From: Callorhinchus milii
Taxonomy: Eukaryota
DNA length: 37,473 nt
Direction of reading: 5' to 3'
Assembly (NCBI RefSeq): GCF_018977255.1
Contig: NW_024704746.1
Span: forward strand, 27,306,528 to 27,344,000
In this document: one piece after another, positions 17,828 to 29,235 of the stretch
Position numbering within the stretch: the first letter of the stretch is position 1
Layout: each line of letters opens with the position of its first letter
Position numbers and translations under genes: made by a program
The notes under the pieces: generated by a model
What the model was told of the DNA's origin: nothing
Databases searched by the model: none
The model's input: only the letters and a program-made list of their open reading frames with translations

Positions 17828-20800
17828 TAATAATAATAATAATCCTTGCATTTGATATAGTGCTTTTCACATCTTCTGGACGTCTCAAAGGGCTTCACAG
17901 AATAGACTGTAAAGTGAATTGACTGTATATTTGTGGGCGAAACGCAGCGGCCAATTGCACACAGCAATGTCCCACAAACAGTTGTTTATTATGATCTAAT
18001 AGAATGCCGGAAAGTACAGGCTTGAGGGGCTGAATTGCCTACTCCGGGTCCTATGTTCCTAATTATGGTTCTGAGTCACTGTTCCTTACCAACCAGTGGA
18101 AATAACGTCTCACTATTGACCATGTCAAAACCCCTCACAATTTTGTTCACATCCAACAGGTCTCCCCGCAATCTTCTCAGCTACAATGAAAACAAACCCA
18201 ATTTCTTCAATCTCTTCTCGTAGCTAAAGTCCCTCATCCCTGGAATCATTCTTCTGGCTCCTCTGTACCCACTCCCAGGCTTTGACATCTTTCTGAGGTG
18301 CCCAAAACTGAATACAATATTCCAGCTGTGGCCTAAATAATGATTTGTAAAACTTGGCATGACTATTTTCCTTTTGTACTCTGTGTCCCATATATACAAG
18401 AAACTGCCCTTCAATATTCGCTAATTTTATCGATAGAGAAACTCAATGTGTACATGAGGGAATAGCGGGATATTAGGAGGGAGATAGGGAGAGGAGTTTA
18501 GGAGGGTGGAATTACAAGAGTATAAACTAATTGAGCCAAATGAACTATCTCAGTTCTCCTTGCGTTATACTAGTTAAGTGATTCATTACTCAAGGAATAC
18601 TTTGGTTGGCACAGGATGTTGGCACACTTTAAAGTGACACTCAACCTGATTAATGTACAAAACAACACAAAAATACATTTGTAAAGGGTCTGTCATGTTG
18701 GAGGAAGTCCTAAATCATTGAACAGTCAGAGATTAGGGATTAATATGTAACATATTAACAACTCAAAATAAATCCTGTCCACCCACACCTAATTAATAGT
18801 GGAACATGCTCCACAACTTACTATTGTGTCCCTACTATTGCAGTGTTGCTTAACAAAGTTCTTCCTAAGGTTGTTTTGCAATCGGAAGTGGAAAAAGAAT
18901 TGACATTCATTTATTATACTAATACAGTCAACATGTGTCACCAGCTATATTTGTGGAAGAAAAAGAATTGACATTCATTTATTATACTAATACAGTCAAC
19001 ATGTGTCACCAGCTATATTTGTGGAAGAAAAAGAATTGACATTCATTTATTATACTAATACAGTCAACATGTGTCACCAGCTATATTTGTGGAACAGACA
19101 TACCTTTTCGAAATATCAATTGTTTGTTGGATGTCAGAGCACAAACAGTGTTATTTGGATTGATGTTTTCTTTCTGTGCCTGTTCCTTCATCTCACTGAA
19201 GGAAGATTTCATAGCAATTTCATGTATTTTTTCAGGAGTCAGGTTTACACCCAGAAAGTTGCTGAGCTGCTCAATGCTCCTGGTCGCATCCTACAAAATA
19301 TTCACAAGGACAACAGTCTCTTTATTAAAACAGTTTTCACCATGAAAGCGAAAGGACCTGGTCTGTAAAGCCATTTCATTTGATTATTTAAAATTCTTAA
19401 ATTCCATCTTAATTTGGAAGCCAGTTCCCTTGACGAACTCTGGAAAATATTTTTTCCCCCCACAATCCACACAATCTTAAATTTTAAGACAAAGTATTCC
19501 TGCGGGCTATTGCCAGGGGCAATTTAGGGCATCAGCATTAAAATTTGAATGGATAAGCGAGAGGGCTCTGGGGTTAGCCTGCAAGACTATTTTTGTCTCA
19601 AAATTTAAGATTGTGCAGGTTGGGGGGGGGGGGGGGGGGGGCGGGGAAATGTTTTTCTACAGTTCTTAAAGAGAATCGTAGAAAAGATTAGGGATTAGGA
19701 TGGAATTTAAGAATTTTCCGCCATTCCGTAGAATTTTAAATATTCAGTTGAAATGGCTTTACACACATCAAGACCGTGTGAAATTTCCGGTGTGCACAGC
19801 AGTGTCCCACAAACCGTTGCTTGTTGTGTTGCACTGTTACAGAGCTAGCAAAAGAACGTTCAGAAACAACCAACCTTCTTCATGGCTTCGTAGTACAGGA
19901 TGAGAACATTGTCGTCATTTTTGTGGTCTTCCCAGCTGTGAATGTGATCAAACCACGAGCCACAAACAACTGCAATAGAAAAGAATGGTTGTTCAGTCAT
20001 CTGTAAATGAGATTTCCGGCCTTTGTAATATTTCTAGTTTTGTTTTTTCCTTTTCCTTTCATTTTCAGCAAATATACAGTTATCACATTACGTACCATAT
20101 ATTTTTCCCCTTTATGTTTTGGTAGCACATTGAGACTATAATGCAATGAGGTGGATTATTTCGAAGTGTAAAAACTATCTGTTTCAGCTGTCATGAGTAT
20201 ATTTTTCTTAAGCGAACTGTACTGAAAATTTGACCAAATAACTGTGTCTAAATTGAAGTTGTAAATCTCACCTTCTCCTCTCAGGAACATTTCCAAAAAG
20301 GTGGTCCATTTGTCAATGGTTGGCAGGTTGGGATTATCTTTGTAGTAGTGATACAAGGAAACAGCGGTGTCTTTAGGGTTTCTGATGATGTAGATCATCT
20401 GTGAATAGAGAGAACACAACATGTTTATAATACATTATAAAAGATCAACATACTCGATTACACATTTCCCTGATTTTCCTTAGGAAGAACAATCACCATC
20501 AAATTAGGCAAGAGTCATTGATTTTATATGAGCTATGAAGCTATACAGTTTAGAGTACAATAGGTGACAAATTGCAATAAAAACGAATTAACGTTTAATG
20601 CTTTTAGAATGATTTACTGAATATTGTTCGGAAACAAAACACAGAGGTTATTTTGAAAACACAGAGGCTATTTTGAAAAAGAAAGAAAAATTTGAGCAAT
20701 TTATTTATAAAATAAATCTAATAATCTGAAGCTTCCCGTGAATTTCTCCTTGTACCTTGCATTTCTTGGTTTTGAGCTGCACTGGCAACATCTTGTAGTT

Positions 20801-21583
20801 CAGGTGTGTGGGGATCAGTCTCGGGGAAGGAAGATTTCTCAGGTCCTCGTATTTGGAAGGATCTCCAAACTCAATGGGAGAGGTCAGTGTCACTGTTCCA
20901 CAGCCATTTGCACCTTGTTGAGTGCGGTACAGGTTTTTCAGGATCTCTGCCAACCAGTGAGTCCCTGTGAGGGTTGAAGAGAGAAAGACGATGAGAGTGA
21001 GACATGATCAAGCTGCATTTCCCACCACAAATCAGCGGCCAAACTGGTGATGAGTTAGGCATATAGTGATGTGTTAAAATCAACGACAATTACAAGTGGA
21101 ATAAAACTTGAATAAGATTCGATGACTTATTTGTGAAATAAATCAAACCTTTCCATAATCACGACTGGGTAAACATCTGGAATAGTAGGAAGAGGAGAAT
21201 CATGACAACAATACATATCACCAGTTGGAATTATGAAGGAGTGTTAAGGGAGAGAGGGATTAAGGGATATGGGGATAAGGCGGGCAGACAGAATTAGGTC
21301 AGAAGATCAGCCATCATCTTATTGAATAGCGGGGCAGACTCGAGGGGCTGAATTCCCTACTCCTGCTCCTAATTCCTATGTTCCTATGTTTATTGAACAC
21401 TGTCACATAGTGAAATGTTGCTTTTTCTTCTAAAACCTTCTTACCTGACTTTGGGTAGGACACCAACAGCACATCATCCTCTCTGGCTTCAAAGGAGTCC
21501 AACGTGTGTAAAAGCTCTTTTGATGAGCGTGTAGAAAAGGGAATCCCGTTAAACGTGTGGACGAGGGCTGACTGGGATGGCAT
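17204..21583 (-). CDS. SULT6B2: Cytosolic sulfotransferase, SULT6B2-like, copy A; exons 21445-21583, 20756-20964, 20272-20398, 19875-19969, 19104-19290, 17204-17322
   Basis: GT-AG exons of 139/209/127/95/187/119 nt give 291 aa + TAA. Motifs: 5'-PSB SYPKSGTHW, catalytic His in IPTHL, 3'-PB RNPKDTAVSLYHY, GSWFDH, FRKGTVGDWKNHF. Sulfotransferase call is firm; the symbol rests on recalled synteny (SULT6B2P/Sult6b2 next to CMAS) and such genes are often labelled SULT6B1-like. Confidence 0.9.
17766..17983 (-). mobile_element. SINE 3' half with expanded (ATA)n tail, nested in a CR1 3' UTR
   Basis: ~26 ATA/ATG triplets (17766-17843) followed by the reverse SINE body; CR1 3' UTR sequence on both sides. 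Confidence 0.85.
18065..18400 (-). mobile_element. CR1-clade LINE ORF2 fragment
   Basis: ORF 18181-18414: RRMIPGMRDFSYEKRLKKLGLFSL. Confidence 0.8.
18888..19094. repeat. Three-copy 68-bp tandem repeat
   Basis: Unit GTGGAA(GAA)AAAGAATTGACATTCATTTATTATACTAATACAGTCAACATGTGTCACCAGCTATATTT starting at 18888, 18953 and 19021. Confidence 0.95.
19390..19717. mobile_element. Palindromic MITE-like element
   Basis: Terminal 24-mers AAAATTCTTAAATTCCATCTTAAT / ATTAGGATGGAATTTAAGAATTTT pair with one mismatch; inner 24-mers CACAATCTTAAATTTTAAGACAAA / TTTGTCTCAAAATTTAAGATTGTG also pair. Confidence 0.7.
21245..21391 (+). mobile_element. CR1-clade 3' UTR fragment in intron 1 of SULT copy A
   Basis: Similar to 9587-9727; ends CCTATGTTCCTATGTT. 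Confidence 0.75.
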
Positions 21584-21662
21584 GTTGCAGACAGGTGGAC
21601 TCTGAAATCTCAGACTGTGTGTATTAATGAATGAAGAAACTAATACTGGCAGTGCAGAGCAT

Positions 21663-21670
21663 CTATATAT
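21663..21670 (-). promoter_or_regulatory. TATA-like box of SULT copy A
   Basis: ATATATAG on the minus strand ~80 nt upstream of the ATG, at a position equivalent to those in copies B and C. Confidence 0.55.
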
Positions 21671-22173
21671 CACTGTATCTTGATGCAATTATTTTACTTA
21701 GGCAACTTCCAGCAGGAAATGACTTCATGTTATTTAATCTCCAATAAGCACCTAGCCTAGTGTTGGGTTGGAATTTTGCGACACATCTTATAATTATTAA
21801 CCTTTAGAGTTAACTGTACGAATGGAGCACAAAGTAATTCATTGTCAACATGAAGCTCTGCTGATTATTCCATGTGCCGCGTCAAATGCCTTTTGTTTTG
21901 ATTTATTTGTCATGGTAATTCAATGCTCAACGTAAAACTAGTTTGAGAAAAAAATCACTCAGATCAATTCAATGAGGTTGAAATTGATATTTGTAAGCTG
22001 GGTGGTGCTATGCTATTAGTGACTTCTATTGTGTAAATTAAATTGATGGATTAGGTAAAGATTGGGGGAAGGGAGTGGGGGGAATGTGATACAGAATATC
22101 AGCACACCAAAATTTTAACATAGGATCATAAGATTTGTTATGATGAAGCAGATAATTTGACTAATTTGACTTT

Positions 22174-22497
22174 GTGGAGTCCTGTAGCTCAGTGGTTAGA
22201 GCACTCACTTTGCAAGTGAGAGACCCGAGTTCAATTCCAGGCAGAGGGCGAAACCTTGGGCAAGTTTCCTTACTCCACACAGAGCCTAATAATAATCCCT
22301 CCAAAACCCAAAACAATAATAAATTGGTCATTTTCAATCTACCACTGTTTGTGGGACATTGCTGTGCGCAATTGGCTGCCGCGTTCGCCCACAAATATAC
22401 AGTCAATTCACTTTATAATGTGTTCTGTGAAGCGCTTTGGGACGTCCTCCCGACGTGAAAAGCGCTATATCAAATTCAAGGATTATTATTAATATTA
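22174..22497 (+). mobile_element. Full-length young tRNA-derived SINE
   Basis: Nearly identical to 10282-10610. Confidence 0.93.
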
Positions 22498-22734
22498 TAA
22501 TCTGATCTCAACCTTCCAGGACACTCACCTTATAAATCTTGCCTTCAATGTATCAAGTTTTCTTTTGATGGGTTATAGTGTAATATGTTATCTTGAAGGA
22601 CTTGGCTCGGGAGAAACTTATTACAACAGCTCATTGAATTTTCTGTAATTGAGAAATTACTGATACAAAGAGTTCCTCTTTAAGGAAGTATTTAACACAA
22701 ATCAATGGTTCCAAAGATAGATAATGTCTGCTTG

Positions 22735-23716
22735 ACTTCCTCCTCTTCCTTTTCTTGTGTCCCCCATCACCCCAGCCTTCTGCATTACCCACTCCTTCAG
22801 CCAATGCTCCTACCACTGCCACCACCCCTTTGCTACCCATTTTTCCCTCCTCCCTCTCAACGATCATCACCCATAAAACTCACCACCTCTGCCGCGGCAC
22901 CCTCCCAACCCAGCTGCTGGCCACCCAACTGCCCTTCTCTGCCCACTGCTGGCCGACTCAATCAGCCAGTCCCTCTCCTCAGGCTCCATACTGCTCTCTC
23001 TCAAAAAATGGTGCCATTGCTCCCCTCCTCAGAAAAACACAGAGAAAGGGGCAGTTGATCCCTCTGTCTTTGCAAACAACCGGCCCGTTTCAAACTTGCC
23101 CTTTGTTTTAAAGTCCTGGAATTACTCTCTTCCAGCTGCAACCCCAGGTCCACTGATATTCTGTCCTCTTGATTGTCAGACATCAAGGCCAGGTTGAGTG
23201 GCAACTTTCGGCAGCTGAATGTTGACAAAACGGAAGCCATGCTTGAATCCAATCAACGTTTCCTTGCCCGCAGCTCCGACCTCCTAAATCTTCCTGGCCT
23301 TTCCCTCAGACCTGTCCATAACCTAGCCTGCAGTTTGAGCCTCAGCTGTCCTTCCTTCCTCACATCCAGTTCCTGGACCTCTGCCACACCGCCCGCTTCT
23401 GACCATTCCTCACACCCAACGCAGCTGAAACTCTTATCCACGAGTTCATCACCTCCTGCCTCAATTATTACAATGCTCTCCTCACCAACACCATCCATAA
23501 AAATACAATGGATTCAAACCTTTGGAACTCTCTGCCTCAATCCTTCAGCCTTTCCCCCTTTCTCCCCGCCTGAAAACCTTACTCTTCCACCGTGCTTACA
23601 GCCACCTCCCCCCTCACCCACCCAACCTGGCTCAGAGTCAGGCTCCATCACTGTGAAGCGCTCTGAGATGCTACCCTGCATGGAAGGCACTATATAAGTG
23701 CAAGTTGTTGTTGTTA
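22735..23716 (+). mobile_element. Old, internally deleted L2-like LINE remnant
   Basis: C-rich strand; LSDIKARLSGNFRQLNVDKTEA resembles the L2 ORF2 segment; (TTG)n tail at ~23703-23715. Confidence 0.7.
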
Positions 23717-23747
23717 TGTCCAGTATAAATCTAGACATGCTTATAAC

Positions 23748-23975
23748 ATCAACTTGCATTTATATAGCACCCGTCTACACAGGATAGAGTCCTAGAGCAC
23801 TTGACAGTGGTGGAGAGCGATACCAAGCCGGGTGGAGGTGACCTTACACCCGGTCGAAGAGGAAGGTCTTCAGGCGCGACCTGAAGATGGAGAAGGAGGC
23901 GGCCAGGTGGAGGGATAGAGAGAGAGAGTTCCAGAGTTGAAACATGGGCATGCGGGACAAGCAAGAGGCCGGAGC
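23748..23975 (-). mobile_element. L2-like 3' fragment
   Basis: CAACTTGCATTTATATAGCACC tail and purine-rich body, tail-to-tail with the preceding element. Confidence 0.6.
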
Positions 23976-26019
23976 CAGTTAAATATAACCTTAATTTTGA
24001 AGGGGGTTTTTTTGTAATTTTTTTTAAAGAAACACCACAAACAACTTCAAAGTTAAGACTGATTCAACAATTATGAACGCACTGACATTCTGCTCGAATA
24101 GAATCAGTGTAGGTTCTCCTCAATGCAGTGGTAAGGCAGGAAGGCAGAGAGATGGGATTAGGGGAGGCTGTGGTTTGTGGACCATGGAGTCGGCTCAGTG
24201 GCCATACAGATGTGTCCTGCTCTTAGTTCCCATTGTTTTCATGGGAAATATTGGTATAAAGTACACACGTGAGAATGACACTTAATTGACAGATTGATAA
24301 CTCCTGATAATAATAAAGCAAATATGAGGGAAAGCTGACTCTCCCTGGTGCGAAGATTATTGCAAAAGAATAAACTGAGGGATTGGATGAACAAAGGGAA
24401 TGGGGGTAGTTTGAAGCAAGAAAGATGTAAGGTAATAATAAAAATAATTATAAGGAATGTATTGAATAACATTATAATTTTAATATAACCCTTATCTGAA
24501 TCCATATGAATACTGGCACTGCACTATACCCCCAGCACAGTACTAAGAGAGTCAACTTATATTAGCTCAAACTCCCAATGTAGGGCTTCAAATCAGCTTC
24601 CGTTGGACAATACAAAAAATTTACTGATATTGTGAAAAGTTTTATGGCTGAAAGGATTGGCCTTTGCTGGGATTTTTTCCAAGTCTGCTTCCTGATGTTT
24701 GGGTTCAACAATTTGCCATCAAACAATGCAGCCCTCATAGCCTTGACTTACTGAAATAATCATTACCTTCCATCCAGCAATAAAATATGCCTTTCTGCAG
24801 ATTATTGAGACATGGTTATGATTTGCAGTATTGAGTAATGGGCTAAGATTGATATGAGTCCAAATAATTAATTTCCTGTGCTGAAGTCACAGCAATGGAA
24901 TCGTTGAACCGAGTATCCCTCTGTGACTGTCTCTAGTCCTGTTCCTGAGCCAGGAGGATCCCAGTATCCCAGGGCACTCACTGCAGCACAGCCCGGCCCG
25001 ACTCATCGGCAGGACCTGGAAGGGCTGACCAGTCACTGGGGGCAGGGAATCCTCCCCTCAGCTCCTGGTAACCCCACAGCCAAGAGTATCCTGTAGCTTA
25101 TTGGTTAGGGCATTAGAGCACTTGCCTCGCAAGTGAGAGGACCTGTGATTGAGTGGTGCTAAGAGGAAGAGCAGTCGGTCAAAGAGGAAGATAAGATCTT
25201 GAGGAAAGAGCGAAGGAAGGGCAAATTGAAGGGATTCCGGGAGTTCTGATGAGTGGACGGAGTGACTGGGTTCGTACAGTTTGAGGAAGTCAGAGGTCAG
25301 AGATCAGAGGTAAGGTAGGGCAAGATCACGGAGGGATTTAAAGTTTACGTTAAGGCACTGGGAACCTAGTGTTGGAAAGGACACAAGTCTGCAGATTTCC
25401 AGATAGTCTGCAGCTTGTGAAGGGAATAGGCGAGCGGAGAATTAGCCTAATCTGGCCAGGAAGTCATAAATTATTACAACATTAGATAGAGTGATTATAA
25501 TTATTAATAATTATTATTATGCGTACGAGCCATTTCAGAAAAAAGTATAAGATGTAACAAAAGTCAGAAGAACAGGAAACAACACAAGTAGCCTTTCCCA
25601 CAGGATTCCCGTGTAATTCAAATCACAAGGAGAAAACGATGTAGTTTTAACAGACCAAATGTTAACCTCCTGTTTAGCGAAGTAAACTAGCTCCCTCTGG
25701 TGTGGGGAATCCTAAACACGTTACTTCGAAACTATATGTTATTAAGTTTAATCCACTTTGCAGGTTACCGTGTACTTATCGGCATGTGAATCAACGGCAA
25801 TGTTAATGTTGGTTTGCTGCGGGGTCATTTTCCCTTTTTTTGGCCTGTGAACTTAGTAGCTAATTCTAGCAAGAGGAAATTCCGAACCGTGGAAAACCAG
25901 CTCTCCAATTGGGATTATATTTAAGAATCTTTCAAAATGTTGCACAATCTTAAATATTAAGACTGTGATCCTGAAACTAAGAGCAGGAGAATATGTTCAG
26001 ACTGTTAATTATTAACAGC

Positions 26020-26196
26020 CATAATAATAATAATAATAATTATAATCCTTACGTTTGATATAGCGCCTTATCACACTATTAAGATGTCCCAAAGCGCTTC
26101 ATAGAATATATTGTAAAGTGAATTGACTGTGTATTTTGTGAACCGTCTCAACGCTGTGATAAGGCGCCCTGTCAAATGCAAGGATTATTATTTATT
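26020..26196. mobile_element. Two SINE tail fragments in inverted orientation
   Basis: ATAATCCTTACGTTTGATATAGCGCCTTATCACA ... TGTGATAAGGCGCCCTGTCAAATGCAAGGATTAT. Confidence 0.75.
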
Positions 26197-26604
26197 AAAT
26201 AATCCATCTTTATACCATTGTGTGAGTGGGAGTTGCAAAGCCCATAATACACACACAATCATTAGGCCATGAATGGAGATGAAAGTTATCAGAACAAGTC
26301 AACAGATAAGTTTCTTTTTTTTAATTATTTTTAATAATAATAATAATAAACAAATGTAATGACAAACGAATGTTCACAGAGATCATTTCAAAATAAAAGC
26401 AAATAATTACCTGCTGACCAAAAAATATGTGCTAAAATATCTTGTTATAAATAAAAGCTATTTACACATTTATCAATATAATAATATAAGAGAAAGATTT
26501 CTATACATGATTATAAATATAGCCATTACAATATTTTCTCCCTAACTCTGTTGATTTAGTGTCAAGAGATTTTCTTCTTCCGACTTCACTGATGTCCCTC
26601 GATG

Positions 26605-29085
26605 TTAACTCTCATATTCAATAGACTTTGCCAGTTCACTGGAATTCATTCTCTCTCCAAATCGCTCGTCGAACAGTTTATTCTGTCTTGTGCTGAAATG
26701 GTTCTTCCAGTCTCCAACAGTACCTAAAGAGAAGAGGCGCATGGATTAGACTGGGAAATATATGTAATTAACACAAACAAGAGTTTAGAGACACATAATG
26801 TGATTGTAACTGCTCTGGGTGATGCTAAACTATGTTCAGTGGTTTCCCTTTAAGTGCTGTTATTACTCACAGTGGAAATTGCCCACAAAATGCACAGTCA
26901 CTACACTTTACAGTATATTCTGTGAAGTGCTTTGAGTCGGAGAATTCCTTCCTCTGACTTTAATTTGCAATTGAATCCCAATCTAAATTAACATGTAAAG
27001 TAGGGCCACAGGTGGTGAAAAGGACAAATAGCAACTGAAGGCTGTTCAGGGTTGGAACACACACTGATTACTAACAGTATTCGTGCCGTCCGCATGTTAC
27101 CTAACGGACCTCTCTGAGCCCTTTGCTGCCGCCACAACATATAGTGATGTCAGTATTATTGTAAATCAAAAGCTAACGACACCTATTGACATCAATTCAG
27201 AGACAAACCTTTTCGGAATATCAGCCTCTTGTTGGATGTCAGAGCGCACACAGTGTTATTGGCATCGACCTTTTCCTTCTGCGCCTGTTCCTTCATCTCA
27301 TTAAAGGACGATTTCCTGGTGATGTCGTCAATTTGCTCAGAAGTCAGGTTGACACCCAGGAAGGTGCTGATCTGCTCAACGCACTCGGTCGGATCCTGAT
27401 AAAATATTCAGAGAAGAAAAATTCATTAGTATGTGTGAAAGCAACAATGTTCTACAAAATACAGTCACTACACTTTCCAGTAGATCTCATGAAGTAATTT
27501 GAGACATTTCAATGATGTGATAAGCTGCTGAATCAACTTATTATTCATACATAATAATACTTTCACCCACAAATATACAGTCAATTCATGTTGCAGTATA
27601 TTCTGTGAAGCACTTTGAGATGTCGAGACATTCAAAGCGCTATATAAAATGTGAGGATTATTATAAGTTTTCAGTATCTTTCAGAGGGAAACAACTGTTT
27701 ATGAACAATGAATTTAACCATTGAAATGAGGAAACTCAATGGATATAAATGTCATTTGTAGCTCTCTCTCTGCTCATATTTCAATTCAATCTAAGCATTA
27801 AGCGCTCTGGAATGCCACCCTGCGTGAGGGCACTAAATAAATGCAAGTTGTTGCAGCGTGTAATGTGGTTCCATCCGTTATTCTTATCTCCAAGAGAAAC
27901 ACAGAGCAGTTTGTTACAGATCTGGTGGGTAACTTGGTGCAGTATCTCACCTTCTTCATGGTTTCGTAGTACAGAATGAGAACATTGTCATCATTTTTGT
28001 GCTCCTCCCAACTGACAATGTGATCGCACCACGAGCCACAAACAACTGCAATAGAAAAGAATAATTGTTGAGCAATTTGTAGATCTAGAAATCTAGATTT
28101 TATTTCCAGGAAATTTTTATTTATTCACAAATTGAGAGAATGGGTCAGAATTTTAACATTAAATTTAGTGACAATAACTACTACTACTAATAATGATAGT
28201 AACAATAACTACTAATACTACTAATAATAATATTAGCAATCACTAACTGTGACATAATCTCACCTTCTCCTCTAAGGAACATTTCCAAAAAGGTGGTCCA
28301 TTTGTCAACGGTTGGCAGGTTGGGATTATCTTTGTAGTAGTGATACAAGGAAACAGCAGTGTCTTTAGGGTTTCTGATGATGTAGATCATCTGTGAGAAG
28401 AGAGAACACAACATGTTCAGCAAAGATCATACAAACAGCATTAAATATCAGTGCTCAAAGAGCACAATATTAATCAAAGTATTGTTTATGAGTATTGATT
28501 ATGAGTATTTTGATAAATTTTAAGTCTTTATGAAACATTAACATTGTAATATGTTGCATGAAAACCATTTCTCTAATGTAAGGATTATTGTGATATTTAT
28601 CAAGTGTCTGTACCTTGCATTTCTTGGTTTTGAGCTGCACTGGCAACATCTTGTAGTTCAGGTGTGTGGGGATCAGTCTCGGGGAAGGAAGATTTCTCAG
28701 GTCCTCGTATTTGGAAGGATCTCCAAACTCAATGGGAGAGGTCAGTGTCACTGTTCCACAGCCATTTGCACCTTGTTGAGTGCGGTACAGGTTTTTCAGG
28801 ATCTCTGCCAACCAGTGAGTCCCTGTGAGGGTTGAAGAGAGAAAGACAATGAGAGTGAGATATTGTCAAACTATTATCAATAGAAACACACCATCTTCCC
28901 TATCTCTGGAGATTTGATTTTATATTTAATGTGTAAAACTTCTTACCTGACTTTGGGTAGGACACCAACAGCACATCATCCTCTCTGGCTTCAAAGGAGT
29001 CCAAGGTGTGTAAAAGCTCTTTTGATGAGCGTGTAGAAAAGGGAATCCCGTTAAAGGTGTGGACGAGGGCTGACTGGGATGGCAT
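26605..29085 (-). CDS. SULT6B2: Cytosolic sulfotransferase, SULT6B2-like, copy B; exons 28947-29085, 28614-28822, 28264-28390, 27951-28045, 27209-27395, 26605-26723
   Basis: Same six exon sizes as copy A, all GT-AG, open frame of 291 aa ending KSIEYES*. PAPS-binding motifs intact. Confidence 0.9.
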
Positions 29086-29167
29086 GTTGCAGTCGGATTC
29101 TCTCTCAGATCTGAGGCTGTGGAAACGAGAAGAGACTCTGAATGATGAGAGGCTGGAGATCCTCCTG

Positions 29168-29175
29168 TATATATA
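29168..29175 (-). promoter_or_regulatory. TATA box of SULT copy B
   Basis: TATATATA 83-90 nt upstream of the ATG; CCAATCAG at 29361-29368 further upstream. Confidence 0.6.
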
Positions 29176-29235
29176 CATCCTCTCTGTCCTGTCGTAGTTA
29201 CACCATTGACGCAACCTTCAGTACCGGAAAATGAT

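Noticed and set aside
17673-17967. Poly-Ile and poly-Tyr ORFs
   Set aside because: Translations of the (ATA)n microsatellite.
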